The notes below the pieces were generated by a model. That model had not been told where the DNA came from. It made no database searches and saw only the letters and a list, made by a program, of their open reading frames with translations. From Phoronis australis (taxonomy: Eukaryota > Animalia > Phoronida), in the NCBI GenBank assembly GCA_002633005.1, contig NMRA01000016.1, positions 397,251 through 461,250 of the forward strand: 64,000 nt of DNA, written 5' to 3'. Below are positions 1 to 52,600 of the stretch, in pieces (within the stretch, counting starts at the first letter, position 1; each line of letters starts with the position of its first letter). Made by a program: the position numbers and the translations under genes.

Positions 1-2288
1 CGACAACTTGCCATGCGCAAACAGTAGTCTTGGGAAATTCCTAAGCTTGTGTTTGCTACTACGAAATTCCTGATTTTGCGCATCGTCTAAATAACAGGGT
101 GCCTACATTTTCCAGGCTTGCGAACAAGAACTGGAAAAAAATAGAGGTCCAAACAGAAGTCTAACCAACGAGTAAGTCACCAAATAGCTGAACTTTCATG
201 GCAAGGACCACAATTGATCACCTAAAAACCCCGCAATACATTGAACTGCACAATGCCTGACCGTGGTCAACTTGCATTTCAATAGCAACCCACGCCAAAT
301 GATTGAATTTCGCAAGCTATTATTTAACTTGCGAGATCCATGCGACGGCGTAAGCGCGTTGCATGGTTATCGCCTATGGGACGCTACCATTGTTTTCCTT
401 TGTTGCATCTTTGTTGAATATAACAATACATGTGGCACGGATATCGTACCTTAGGCGCCCACGAGACAGTTACTGATATATGCTTACCATTATGTTTACT
501 ACCAGACAGAAAAACAAAGTGAACAATACATATGCCTTTCGAAGGATATCTATATAAGGAGCTTACGCCCTAGTTTCCCGTGGGCAGTGCCAAACAGTGC
601 ATTGCGTTTTCCTCTGATCGCAGACACCTTTCTTGATGAACCAAAAATGACGTCATAGACAAGCTCATCAATACCACTACTACAAAACGAGACTTTGAGA
701 ACCAGGAAATCAATGTTATTCAGTGAATGAAACTGGTTCTCTGAATCGGTGGCCACTATATTCGAACAATGTCTTCGTCATCATTAGGGGTGCCAAACCA
801 AGGTGAGACCCACGAGACCCTAAGATGAAGTAAAGCATCCCAGTGGCAGATGGAGAGGGTGCTCGCCTGGTGGAGGTGTACTGCACGAAACACAAGGAGA
901 GTATCGCAGCAAGCAAATTCCAGCAATCCAGGACACTTTTTCTGGATGAGTCATGTACAAGTGCTGCAGGAAACCAGTTTCCACTGAATAACGGCAATGA
1001 GCGTTGTTCAGTGAAAACTGGTTCCAAGCACACATTTTGAAGAGGGACCATCTATTCGACTTTTTAACCGAGATCCGAACCCAGCAGCAGACGCGCCTGT
1101 TCTGCCAAGGGGGGATTGTGGCATCGAATGATTTCCCTGTGTTGTGCTAGAAAAGTCTCCCAAAATCACTTGCTAACAGGCAATCGCTTGTTGGATGATT
1201 GGTCTAGACACTAGACAATGGTTCAAGGGGGTTGCTGGTTCCTGCTGACCCAAGAAAAAGTAGATGACTGACAGTTGACTACATGAGCAAATGAGTGATG
1301 TGTTTGATGCAATTTAAAATCACAATTCTGATATAAAGTAGAATTGAATGATGCCATAAACTTTCGACACCTTTGTTTCGCGGAAATAAATACAATGCGC
1401 TTATAGGCCTACTTCAAATGCTCAACGACAACAGGGTTGAACACTATTTGTGGTGGGTCAGCTGCTCGTGTCATTTCAGACATGGCATAAAAAAACAAAA
1501 TACAAATTATTTCGATTAGATAATCCCTCAAAAGCGCATGGGATTGGTTCGAAATTAAAGGTTGTTAGCATCACAACCATCGTTAAACTTTCAAATGTCT
1601 TAGTTTTGGGGTCAACCCAAATTCTTACCATCCACGCTGCACCAACTCCGCAACAGTGTCAGCCATATCGAATGAAATAACCCATGTGCTGAAAACAAAC
1701 TTCCTATTGGCTAAGAAAAATATTTTCACCCAAATGGGTTTTTTATTTCTGCAACATTGCATTGAAACGTCTTTTTGTTTTACGACCATTGTGACTATAA
1801 GTGGACAAATAAAGTATAAAAATACATTTAGATGAATAATGATGATACTGATATCTGACAATAAATAAATTACGAATAGTAAAATAACCTTTTTTGATTA
1901 GTTATTATTGACCCACTTCCAGACGAGTGCGATTTGTAAACGATGTTGTGATTGGTTGGCGAAAACATTCACAGGTCTTTGGCGATGGATTCACAGTTGG
2001 GTGTGCTTTTTAAGAATACAAATTTCAAGACTTTTTCTCTCCTTAGCATGTTCTTGCAATTGGATTAATTATTAACTCGACTTTTGAAAAGAAGAAAATC
2101 ACGACGTTAATCTTCTGTTTGACTTGTTAGCCTCATACAAAGAGTTAGGACGTCAGCTACTTCCCCGTTGATTTGTTGACTTGACGAAAAAGGCGGAGTT
2201 CGTAAGCAGGGACAAGATCTCGCAAACTGTGCCGACCGTTGTTGCGGTTAATTTCTGGTCGTCCATGGGAGTTCAGTAGGTGACTAAA

Positions 2289-41934
<39,646 letters not shown>

Positions 41935-42505
41935 CATTTGGAGGTGACATGTAGAAGTCAGTAACCATCCAGGAAAGAGATGCTGTGATGTTAGTCTTTC
42001 TGTTGATCTTGCTGAAAATTACTTCCATGAATATTGTCAGCAAGGAGTATTGCATTAGTGTTTGTGGATTTGAATGTAAATTGTGATCAGGGTTCGTGGA
42101 GATTTCGTCGTGTAGTTTGGACTGTTTGAACAGTGTTTGGTTGGCTGAGGTTGCATTCTTTTAAATAACCATGAGACTAGTAGGGTAAGATATTCCTTTG
42201 TTGGTGCTTAGAGGGATATTCCAGCTTATGCCTTTGTTTTAAAATATGTAACACTCTCTGTGTTGATGTTGACAGATTTGCTGTTGAGTTGACTTCTCCT
42301 TCTGTTGACAGGGGGCACTGCTGTCCTGTCTGTTTTATACATTAAGTTTGTAGAGAACTAGTTGAGGTTTTGTATAAGTTGCAAGTGCTGTAAATAATTG
42401 GCTGTAAGCTTTTTCAATTGAGCTTGAATTGTACATAGCGTTAAGAGGGCGTTTCTCACTTATAAAGGGGAAAGGTTGCTGATATATTTTTTGAGTGATG
42501 ATGTG

Positions 42506-42592
42506 GATAACTTATATCAAGTTGTTATCTTTTGGTGGGTGTGTTGAGATAACTTATATCAAGTTGTTATCCTTTGGTGGGTGTGTTGAGAT
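42506..42592. repeat. 42-bp tandem duplication in the probable 3' UTR
   Basis: GATAACTTATATCAAGTTGTTATC(T/C)TTTGGTGGGTGTGTTGA twice. Confidence 0.9.
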
Positions 42593-42801
42593 GCAGCTGC
42601 GTAAATGTGGTTGAGTTTTTTGTCACAGCGTGACGATTTGAATTGTGTGTTTTCTGGAAAATCGTTTGATGAAATATCATCAACTTAGTTCTGAGGCCTG
42701 TTTCATGAAGTGACTTAAGGATTTCATCAGAAATCTTGTCTTTGCTATTGCTGAATATCTTTTCCCATGTAATTGTTAGAACATCACGGTTTAGCTATAA
42801 T

Positions 42802-43033
42802 CTGGGCTTGGAATTATGCTCTTTAAAGATGATTTCCTCTTTTTTGGGTTTCGATTTCCTCTCATTTCATTTCCTGTTTCCTCGTTTTTTGTACCTTTTT
42901 ATCATTATTTCGTCTTTATCCATGCAAAAAGGTTTACTTCAGTTCAATTTTACAGAAACTATTTCTCTCCCACTAGCCTATGTATATGTGGAACAGTCAC
43001 ACAATTTTTTGTCAGTGGTCATTTCAAGCCCTG
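42802..43033. mobile_element. ~245-bp MITE-like family, diverged copy
   Basis: GGGCTTGGAA...TTCAAGCCCTG ends and shared internal GATTTCCTC motifs. Confidence 0.7.
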
Positions 43034-44308
43034 TATAATTAATGCAAAATTTTCCAATAAGCTAGCAATTTTGGGTAATGTCAAACCACATTACGACACC
43101 TCAAATAACCTTCTGAAAGCATATGTTGTAAATTAAGTTCACTTGGGATTTGTGGAATGGAGTACTTTACAGTTATGTGACACTTTATCAACATGTTTGT
43201 GAATTTAGTCATATATCTAAAAAATTGTAGAATTGAACTCGGTAAAAGTATAATTATATTCTCTGAAAATGATGTCGAATTTGATTTTTGACTTTTTAAT
43301 AATTTTTCGTTGGGTGTCTTTTTGGTAAAATTTATCAAAAGAGGTACATTAACAGCAAAATAACGATATCAACAACATAATCAAATTTCGACACTGTTAC
43401 AGTTTTCCAAAGTGTTTCATTTTCTGTTTCTGCAACTTTCGATTGTTTTTCATGAAAATCATAGAAGTCATATTTTTGATAGCCAATCTTCTTCATGAAA
43501 AATGTCATGTGACTAATGTGGTTTTAGGCTCCTCACAACCATTTCCAAAAAATGATTAAATCTCGCTTGAGCAAAAATTTTGTCTCTGAGAATGTGCACG
43601 TATCTTTTAGTTACTGACTTAGATAATTTCTATAAATTGCTTCTAGACTGTGATGCACTCATAATTGCTTGGTTAAACCTTTTTTTAACAATAGAAACGG
43701 AAAGTGCGACATCATCTTACTGGGGAAGTCTAGGAGATTCCGCCATCTTGGTTCTAACTCTTGGGAAATTATATTAGGTTAAAAAAGTTCTAACTGGAAA
43801 ATAACTAGATAAACTCTGTTTTAGAACACAGGTGTTCGATATGCTAGTCTGTATGGGTCATAGATCAATGCTATATTGGTAGTCACCAATTTGGAGTAGA
43901 TGATGTATGTCATATTCACTTTCTGGTCCTATTGTGAAGTGGGAAGGGAACATAAGACCGATATTTTTGTTGAGAACTTTCCTTAAGCAAATAGAATTTT
44001 CCTTTTCCATCCATTATCTCGTCTCCTAAACTGCAGAATCTTTGTAAAATAGCCAGCAGGTGGCGCTTATAGTCTGAGATTGGTGACACATTTGACGTTG
44101 TACAATGAATTTTATATCAACAGGCGATTAAACCTGCACTTGCTGTCAAAACCAAATTTTTGTTTAGTCTACTTATGGGTCCAACTTTTTCCTTATTCAG
44201 ATTAGTAATGTTTCCTAGGCTTGAGAGAAGTGACCTGTCATTATTACTTTAGGCCAGGATCATTAAATTACTTGTGTCACCATGGGTTAGTTTCAGTCAC
44301 TAAGCAGC

Positions 44309-44559
44309 TGGGGCTTGGAATTTTCCTCTTTTAAGAGGATTTCCTCTTTTTGGTTTCGATTTCCTCTGATTTGATTTCCAGTTTCCTCTTTTTTTCATCT
44401 CTTTTATCATTGTTCTGACTTTAGTCATGTAAAAACGTCTATTTCTTTTAAATTTTAGAGACCAAAGAGATATTTATATGGCACAAGCCTATTTATTTAT
44501 GGAAGATACCTCATCTAGGAAAGTTTCCTCTTTTTTGTCATTGGTCATTCCAAGCCCTG
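44309..44559. mobile_element. ~245-bp MITE-like family, diverged copy
   Basis: GGGCTTGGAA...TTCCAAGCCCTG ends, internal TTTAAGAGGATTTCCTC and CACAAGCCTATTTATTT. Confidence 0.75.
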
Positions 44560-44862
44560 GCTGAGGCAGTATGACTACCAGGGGAATTTGAGATAATTTA
44601 TTGTAGCAAATTTCAGTTCATGCTAAGGACAAGGACAGGTTGACTCGTACCTGAAGAGTTTTTATCTCCAGAATTTGGTTTATGGTGACTTAGAACTTTA
44701 GAAATGCTATCCTCCAAACTGATTGTTCTGTGACTGCTGAAAAGTTTAAAATCTCTCTAGACGCTCTCTAACTGGTGATGAGTGTTTTGTATTGCTATTT
44801 TTCTACGCTATCGTTGCTTGTATTATTTCACTATTAATTGCAGTATGTATTATTAAAGGCGT

Positions 44863-44992
44863 GCGTTCAGTAACGGTAGGACCTACGCTGGGACTTAGCT
44901 AAAATCTAGCCAGTCACGTGATCTCGTTTAAAATGCACGGCAATATCTCGCGTAATCTCGCTTTTTAGCGAGGTCCTTGCGTTACTGAACGC
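44863..44992. repeat. 130-bp element bounded by a 22-bp inverted repeat (small MITE or hairpin)
   Basis: GCGTTCAGTAACGGTAGGACCT versus the reverse complement of AGGTCCTTGCGTTACTGAACGC matches at 20 of 22 positions. Confidence 0.75.
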
Positions 44993-47187
44993 GGGGAGGC
45001 GGATTTTTTCAGGCTAATCAGTTCACCTGTTTTGTACGTAGAAAGGGTGAGAGAACTCAGTCGAATCGTGTACATTCGCAGCTTGTTGGGGCTTCATTAA
45101 TGCTTCTGATGTCCTTTTGTCAGTGGTGTCTGTGACACTCGGCTACTATTGCCATCTTTGAAATATAAAATTAATAAAAAAGATGAAAACCCGAATGTTC
45201 CAAGCGTTGCGCTCTTCGTCAGAGGTAATGGGGAAGTAACCAATGGACACGGAGGGGAAATTGGGTTTAATTTGAACAATAGGCACCATGGAGTTGCGGG
45301 AAGCGTGGCAAAGAAAATACGAGGATGGAAGGCACTGAACTAGGATATCCTACGTTCACACGGAGACAAAGGCATGCCACCGAACAATACCGGAAGCCCT
45401 GATAAAGCAATCGAAGGCAATACTAAGACGATTTAACAAACTTAGGTTAAAATAACTAGGTCAAAATATTTAGCTAAAACCTGGCGAAATATACCTAATG
45501 AGTTTCCACTGATTTTACCAAGTTTATGTGGTTAAAAATGAAATCGTATTGAGCCTTCTATTCTCACAAAATCAACATTAGGAATGTTCCTTAGGCTTCG
45601 ATCCGTCCGTTATTAACCAGAACACTGAAAGCATCAGTTTGGAAAACGTTCAGAGTTTGACTGGAGTTGGCCTACACTAAAATCGCGAATTCGAAAATGG
45701 TGCAAGTACGCATTGTCTGTTACCTGAATTGGCACTGGAAATGGAGTCCTAGCTGTCACCGTAAGGAATACGAGACCGATTTTAAGAAAGGAAAGACCTA
45801 CGTTTTTGTAGCCAGCTTTTAATTAATTCCAGTTTGCAAACATTGTTTTGTAAATTTTCATGTGTAAGAACAGTTGTTCGCTTATTGAGGGTTCTTCCAT
45901 TTCTGGCATTGCCTCCGTCAAGGAAGTCTTGCCGGCGAATGAAGTCGTCTTAGCTTCTATTTGTGTGAGCCACTGCCAGTGAATAATCCGCTCTTAAACA
46001 GTTTTGGATGAGTTTCGTGTTATAATTTTCAAGCCCGAAGTGTACGTAAAGACTCCATATCTTTGCACTGCTGCATTATAGTGTCAGTACAGTCGACATT
46101 CGTAACAACTACCACGCGATAGACGCACCAGAGTGAGTGCCCAACATTGAAAGTGAAAAACAACTCGGCATAACGATGATGCCGGCCATGTAGGCGTATG
46201 AATGAATCAGCCTTTCTGACCGAGTGCCAGATTTTGGTTGTTTTTACCGCTGGCTGTGAGAAGTTTTTTTTTTTCGCAAACCCTGTTTACACGACACTGC
46301 ACTGAGACGAGTGCTGGATTTTCCAAATACAGTGTTCCGTTGCTAGAGTCAGTATATAAACGCGCGACTTGTCCGAAATAACTTGACACCGCTGACGCAA
46401 TTTTGTCCCCGATTTTGTTTTGCTTTAGAAGGCATTGCAAAACCTTTTCGATTACGTTGTTCTGGGCGTAAGTCATTGGAGCTCTGTAAATGAAGTAGCA
46501 TTTGTGTCCAGTTCAGGGAAATGTAAACGAGATATGGTGAAGAAGTAAAGCACCCTGATCTATAGTCGTGTTCTCACTGCGAATTACCCTTAGAATAACT
46601 TGGCCGAGTGTCCACACTGTACACGCTTTACAGCGCATGCGTGCACACAGCCTAAAAAATTGGGGGCTCGAATTTTTGAGAATGTGGACATTTTACTAAG
46701 ATTCACGGGGTACGTTCAGAGCTATGAATTGTGCATTCGCCGAATTCTTTATAGTGGATTTTTGACTCGTTTTCTACTTTTTTCAGAGTTTTTATTTCTC
46801 TGAGGGGGACCTTTTTCCCCACTTCGGTCGAGCCTCGTGTTCCCCCGGGTGCTCGCATGCAGCGTGCGACAAATATAACGCAAAGATGATTAGACACCAG
46901 CACAGCTGGTCATTACTTCCGCCTTGTCTGAAGGTTTGCGTCCATACGACTTGGCATAGCCGGAACAAGTTGCCCCAGATCGATAAGGTGGGGGTAAGTT
47001 GTCACACCTTTGTCAAGCTGTACCAAAGAGCATCCACTCTACTACTAAAACTAGCACCAAATCGTTCCAGGTAACTTGCTCTGGGGTAGGCTAACTCGTA
47101 ATAATGATTACTGATATTTTAGTTGTGTTTATGTGGCTAACCATGTCCTGTCGTGGTTTTTCCTCGAAAACTTCCCTGTACCCTTAA

Positions 47188-47809
47188 GGGGTCGTCCAGG
47201 GACACCTGTCGCCAATATGCGTAACGAGTGTAAAAGCTTATGTCGAAGCAGTAATCTATAACCCTGTTTCTGGTTTCGTTTCTGTCGATCACTGCAGTCG
47301 ATCGACCTTAAATTCTAGTGAATGAGAAATAACGAGTTTCTCTTAGCCAATGAATCTACTTGTTTACCAGCTGTTAGGGTGAGCGGCATTCGTCAGCTTT
47401 TTTGCCTGCAAACCTGAAATTATAATTACATGAGTAACGTTGAAACCGCGAATGCTTTCATGTCGTAAAACAGCCGCCAGGTATAGTGTTGTACTGAGCG
47501 AAATTTCCTTGCGCAAGGCACATGAAGACTAACTGATACTAGATCGTTTAGCTTCGCCCTTGAGGTGAGGCCAATGACTTCCTCCCACGGGCTTCCTTAA
47601 ACGAAATTTGAACATTTGAAATACCTGCAGGCATTCATTCTAAAAATAATAGAACTAATTAAGATTTTCTGAAGCCGGAAATTGTCTTGGAGACGCTGTA
47701 GGCCTACGTTGTTACATCCAATCGGTATCTCGAGTTTCATGCTTTCCGACCGCAGTGTTGTCTGATCTTCTTGAGAGCTGGGTATTCCGAGAGCATAAAA
47801 CATAACCCC
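47188..47809. mobile_element. Possible TTAA-flanked Kolobok-like non-autonomous element
   Basis: TTAA|GGGGTCGT ... ATAACCCC|TTAA. Only a short imperfect TIR supports it. Confidence 0.35.
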
Positions 47810-49412
47810 TTAATCGTTTTTAATTGAGATCGAGTCACTGTGCGTCTGATTTTCTATTGTCATGATGTCGTATTGTTGAAATTTTAAAGCTGCTTTTCGC
47901 GCTGTTTAGCTGACAAAAACGAAAATCGATTTAGGCCTTACTCTGTCACATAACCGGCCTCACAGCATTCCTTCACCTGAAAGGATTCTATTTCCGTCAC
48001 CAAACAGAACCATCAGCTACTCAAGAAGACGCTTTACACTTTATTGGGATTGGCCAACTCTAAACTTGAGGATTCGAGCGTGGCGCACTAGCGCATTGCT
48101 TGAGGATTGAGTTATCGGGTGTTCAGCGTGGTAATGTTTTTAAACATCAAAGCCCTTCGGTTAATAATTCAACATTGACAGCTCAACAGGGGCGAAATGC
48201 GGCTTTAAACTATGACGTCATATTTCTACTGTGAACACACTTTTTTATATTTTCTGTTGAAAATTGTCTTCATTTATTTTGAAATACATTTAGTTTCTGT
48301 AAGATCATTAGCAACGACTACCAAAATAGCTCGCCATTTATTTTTCATCGTCAACCAAGTGCAGTATGCTCAGCCCTGACGAAACAACTCTTGTTTCTCA
48401 GGTTTCAAAGTTCACAAAAAATGAGTCACGTTTCCTTACAGACTGTCCAAGAAGGTCGAAATTGTTCATGGTTTAACGAAATGCCAGGTTTTTTGAAAAT
48501 CGCGCCCATTCTTTTGCCAGTAACGTACTTCATTTACAATGGTATACATTAGTTGTTCAAGGCAATTTGAGATTAGGTTAGATGTGTTCAGTTCTTGCAA
48601 ATGTAACCATGGAAACAAAATTAATTTAGAAAACACGTCACGAACGACTTCTCCATTGGTAGTTTAAGGATTTTCGAGTAAACTTTTCCGGACTGTTAAG
48701 TTATGCATGTGATTTACGCGCCCACTGTAAGATTTTTCCCTTCAATGAAACCCGTCAGTTTTTGCTTTATTTCCCTAACCTCGTATCTTAGCCTTATCGT
48801 AAATTTTTTGTTTAGACAAGAGTCATCGAGGACACGCATTAAACGATTGCAAATACGTTTACTCTGAACCGTTGCTAAATGGTCTAAAGACCACATTTTA
48901 CTGAGTTTTAGGAAATGCACAACAAGATCTTGTCAGGTAAGATTATATGGTTACTATGGCAACATGTCAATGGAGATTTGGCAGCCGTGTGGTTTGCTAC
49001 ACGAGTTGTTCAATTTACTACACATCTGTTTAGGAAGTGTACCCTGTTCATTCACAGATTCGCCTTATTGCCAGTTACACCTTCACTTTTTACAACTTAC
49101 CTGTTCCTTTTATAGATCACTTGTCTGCTTTGCAAAGCTGACAGACTAGTCGCTTGCTTTGTACTAAACTGAGTTGTCCAATTCGTAAACCACTTATCTA
49201 TTATCGTACTAATAGCTTAACGTAAGTGAACGATGATATAACGAACATTAGTGTGCGTTTTCATTGCGGTACCATCGGGTTAGCTCTGGGAGTTCAATTC
49301 GAAAGCTGCTTGGCAAACGTGTGGAAAAAACACATTTTCCGACATATCGCTTTTAGGCTATAACAGTAATGCAAGAAACTGTTGACTAGGCAATAACTTT
49401 AAAGGTGATCAC

Positions 49413-49572
49413 TATATTATTGTAATTATTATTATTATTGTATTAATGGTTATTATAATCATCATCATTACTATTAGTACTGTTATTATTATCATCATCA
49501 TTATTATCATCATCATTATTATCAGTATTTATTATTGTTATTGTTATTTTTATTATTATTGTTATTATTTAA
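49413..49572. repeat. (ATT/ATC)n microsatellite
   Basis: Directly visible. Confidence 0.92.
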
Positions 49573-49629
49573 TTGTTCGCCTTTCTCGTAATTTTTGTTT
49601 CTTAAAGGGACAAATCGGTGAGAGAAGTG

Positions 49630-49675
49630 GGTGGAATCGAACCCGCAACCCCGCGGTGGCAGCCTAACGCTCTGT
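49630..49675 (-). mobile_element. tRNA-like or SINE fragment
   Basis: Minus strand AGAGCGTTAGGCTGCCACCGCGGGGTTGCGGGTTCGATTCC contains a B-box/T-arm. The 5' part is missing. Confidence 0.45.
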
Positions 49676-52600
49676 TGGCAGAGGTGTATGTGTCAACCAT
49701 GTGAATTGCAAGCATTGACCTAGTGAAGACTTGAACTGCTGATTTGTTGGAAAATCGGTCAGTCGGAAAATGGTATGTCGGTCATTTGGTCAAATGGGTG
49801 GACCGATGGACACCCAGGTTGCAAACGGTTATAAGCAAATCACTGATTTTTGTTCCCTCCATCAGAATAACGCACAAATGCATCGATGTACAATAAGAGT
49901 GTGTGAGAATGAAACCTGATTGGTTTTCTCACAAGAAGTTGACAGACGATATCTCATTGTTTTTGTTACCCTGGCAACTAAAGAAAACTCATATAGAGTT
50001 AATGAGCACCACGTCTCCGCAGTCAGATGACTGTTGTGTGCAGTAACAGGTTCTCCCAAATATCATGAACAAAAAATAAATAACGTAAGATCGATGCAAC
50101 CGCGGAAGTTGTTTCTGTCTATTACAGTTTTCATGCTCTAAGACACTTGAGAATTGCTAAAACATGTTCAGTAACTTTGTGAACTCGTGGCGCAAACGAC
50201 ATGACTCTAACATTGTGCTGACCCGTCTTGACGGTCTTGATTATTTTCAGGAGCCTTTTATATTTTCCCTGGCATAGTTTCGTGCTCCACGTATTAGTAC
50301 AGAAATTTGTGTATTAATGAAATACGCTTAAAAATTTTTGAAATTGAAATCCTTTACAAATTAAAAAACGTCTGAATTTGCCAAACGCACGTGTAGCTTG
50401 CTTGCGTAGACGACTGCTGTGCGTCATTACAAAACATGTACCATAAAGACGTCACATCTGCCCACTGACTGCAGGGACATGTCCTCGAGACAGTTCGAGG
50501 CAGAGCGCTCAATACAGTATTTTTTTCAGGTCTGGTCGCATCGCGTGGCGAAAAACAATTAAGCACGGTTCATTTAGCAAACACCGTATTCACATAAGGA
50601 AATTCCTTGAACATTGACCTCAATGGGGACGAGGAATTATATTTCCAAATGCCCACTCTGGTAATCCAATTCAACCCACTTACATAAGGTGCACACGTCA
50701 GTGATGTTCAAATGTATTTAATTAAGAGCACTTTCGTCTATGATTGCAAAATAAATGGAAACCATGTGAGACTAAGAAATTCCCAATTACTCCTTCATTT
50801 TCTTAAAAAACTCTAAACGACTCGCAACACGTTCGCCAAATTAGACGAAACATCTTTGAGCGTAATACTTTTTCAACATGGCATCGAATTTATCAAAGAT
50901 TAGCAATGTTAGAGTTTTGAAACTTTAAATCGAGCAGAAATCAAATTTCTGGAGGCTAATCAAAACTCACTTTCAAACTCGATCACATACAGATAATTTC
51001 TGAAACAAAGCAAAATGCGAATAAGGTCAAAACTTGCGAAGTCGTTTGATATTCTACGCAAACAAAACGAAGAAACCAGAAAAGAAATGTAAATTGTATA
51101 CTTTTAATGTGCCACTTTTCTTTATTGTCGATATGCATTGTTGTGAAATTGAAGCCGCGGTCAATTTTTCATTGTAATTCGAAATGTAGTGCTTCCAAAA
51201 GGAATGCATAACTCAGTATCCAGCGTTGACCAGTGGTATGCAAAACACGTAGACAGTAAGCGCGTCTACTGGCCAACACATATTATACTATGATTGGGCA
51301 TCTGGTCAATTAACTGACCAGGCCAGTGACTCCCAGCTGTGAAACAAGACGCAAAAAAGCGGTGTCACCGGAGAATTTTTTTGAAGAAATATTTGTTTTT
51401 ACGGACAAACAGTGCATTGCTGGATGGGATAGATTTTGTGAAGTTAATGACCAGAGCTATATTTTTGCGATTTTGTTAAAAATCACCAATTGTCACCTTA
51501 GTCTGCCAGCTGAAATCAAAACCGGACGACGTTCTTGGTGAAAACAGAATTATACAGAAATAAGCAGTAGCGTGAAATGGAATCAATCAGCCCCGCAATA
51601 TAGCAGCCGAACACTCTGCCGTCGAGTTAAATCCAACACGTTAAATAGCAGAGTTCTTTTGACGGTATTTCACGTGAAGTCACCGGCCTTGATTCATCAA
51701 ATGTTTCACAACGGCAACAATTGGCGATTTGTAATGAAATCACAAAACACTACGGATTTTGTAGTTTGAAAGCTGTGGTCAAAGATAATATTTTCGCAAA
51801 GTTTACCCCATCCGATAATAATCTTTAAAATATTTTCCGGCCCTTAGGAGGATATTGTCCCTGTTAATGCATGGGATTTGGCTTAACGGTAGAGCGTTCC
51901 GATGCCTTCTGTAAAATTACTTTCTCACGATACAGGTACTCGGCGGCACTCGACTATATTTTTGACGTTGGTGTAGCTGAAGAATTAGGATACTCACTCA
52001 TTTAGAGAGTGGACTTGAAGAAAAATGACCCATTTGTCTGAGCTTCCATGAAGAAATCACCTTTCGTAAAGGTCAAATTGTTCCACAAACCTAACTTTCC
52101 CATAGGGATTCTCGGATAGCTAAATTGTTACCCGGTCCTAAAACAGCACAAAAAGAGATGCCACGCTTAAAAAAATGAATACATCATTTGCAGTCAAAGT
52201 TTCAAAAATATTGATACTATTAAAAGCTTTATGTGTGTTTGTAAAAATGAACCAATAGTACAATATCAAAATTCCAAATTTAATCTTTTTGTAGGGAATT
52301 TTGTAGGAAAAGTCACCCATTCGAAGGCAATTTTGTTACAAATGGAGCGCCATTTCTGGGAAAGTGGTCGTGAAAAAGAAAGTTCCCTTCTGAGTGTCAA
52401 ATCCCGGAAGAAGTCCCCACGGGTTACACAGCCGAGGAGTTTGATCACTTTGTTTTGAAGTGAATTGCACTCCGGTCAAAACATAACGACTATTTTTTAT
52501 GCATATGTCAAAACTCGTGCGTGCGCCAAGTATTTATGACCTGTGTTCAGGGCCGTTAAACTTGTGTAAGGTCGAGAACCGTGCTCTATAAGCCTTCAAT

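Noticed and set aside
695-1051. ORFs at 550-1051 as an upstream gene
   Set aside because: The region shares the motif TTATTCAGTGA..AAACTGGTTCTC with 6760-6790 and 9750-9778, which points to an interspersed repeat. I recognised no protein similarity.
49630-49675. Functional tRNA gene
   Set aside because: Only a T-arm/B-box-like part is present, with no acceptor stem or D-arm. The same applies to 20920-20990.
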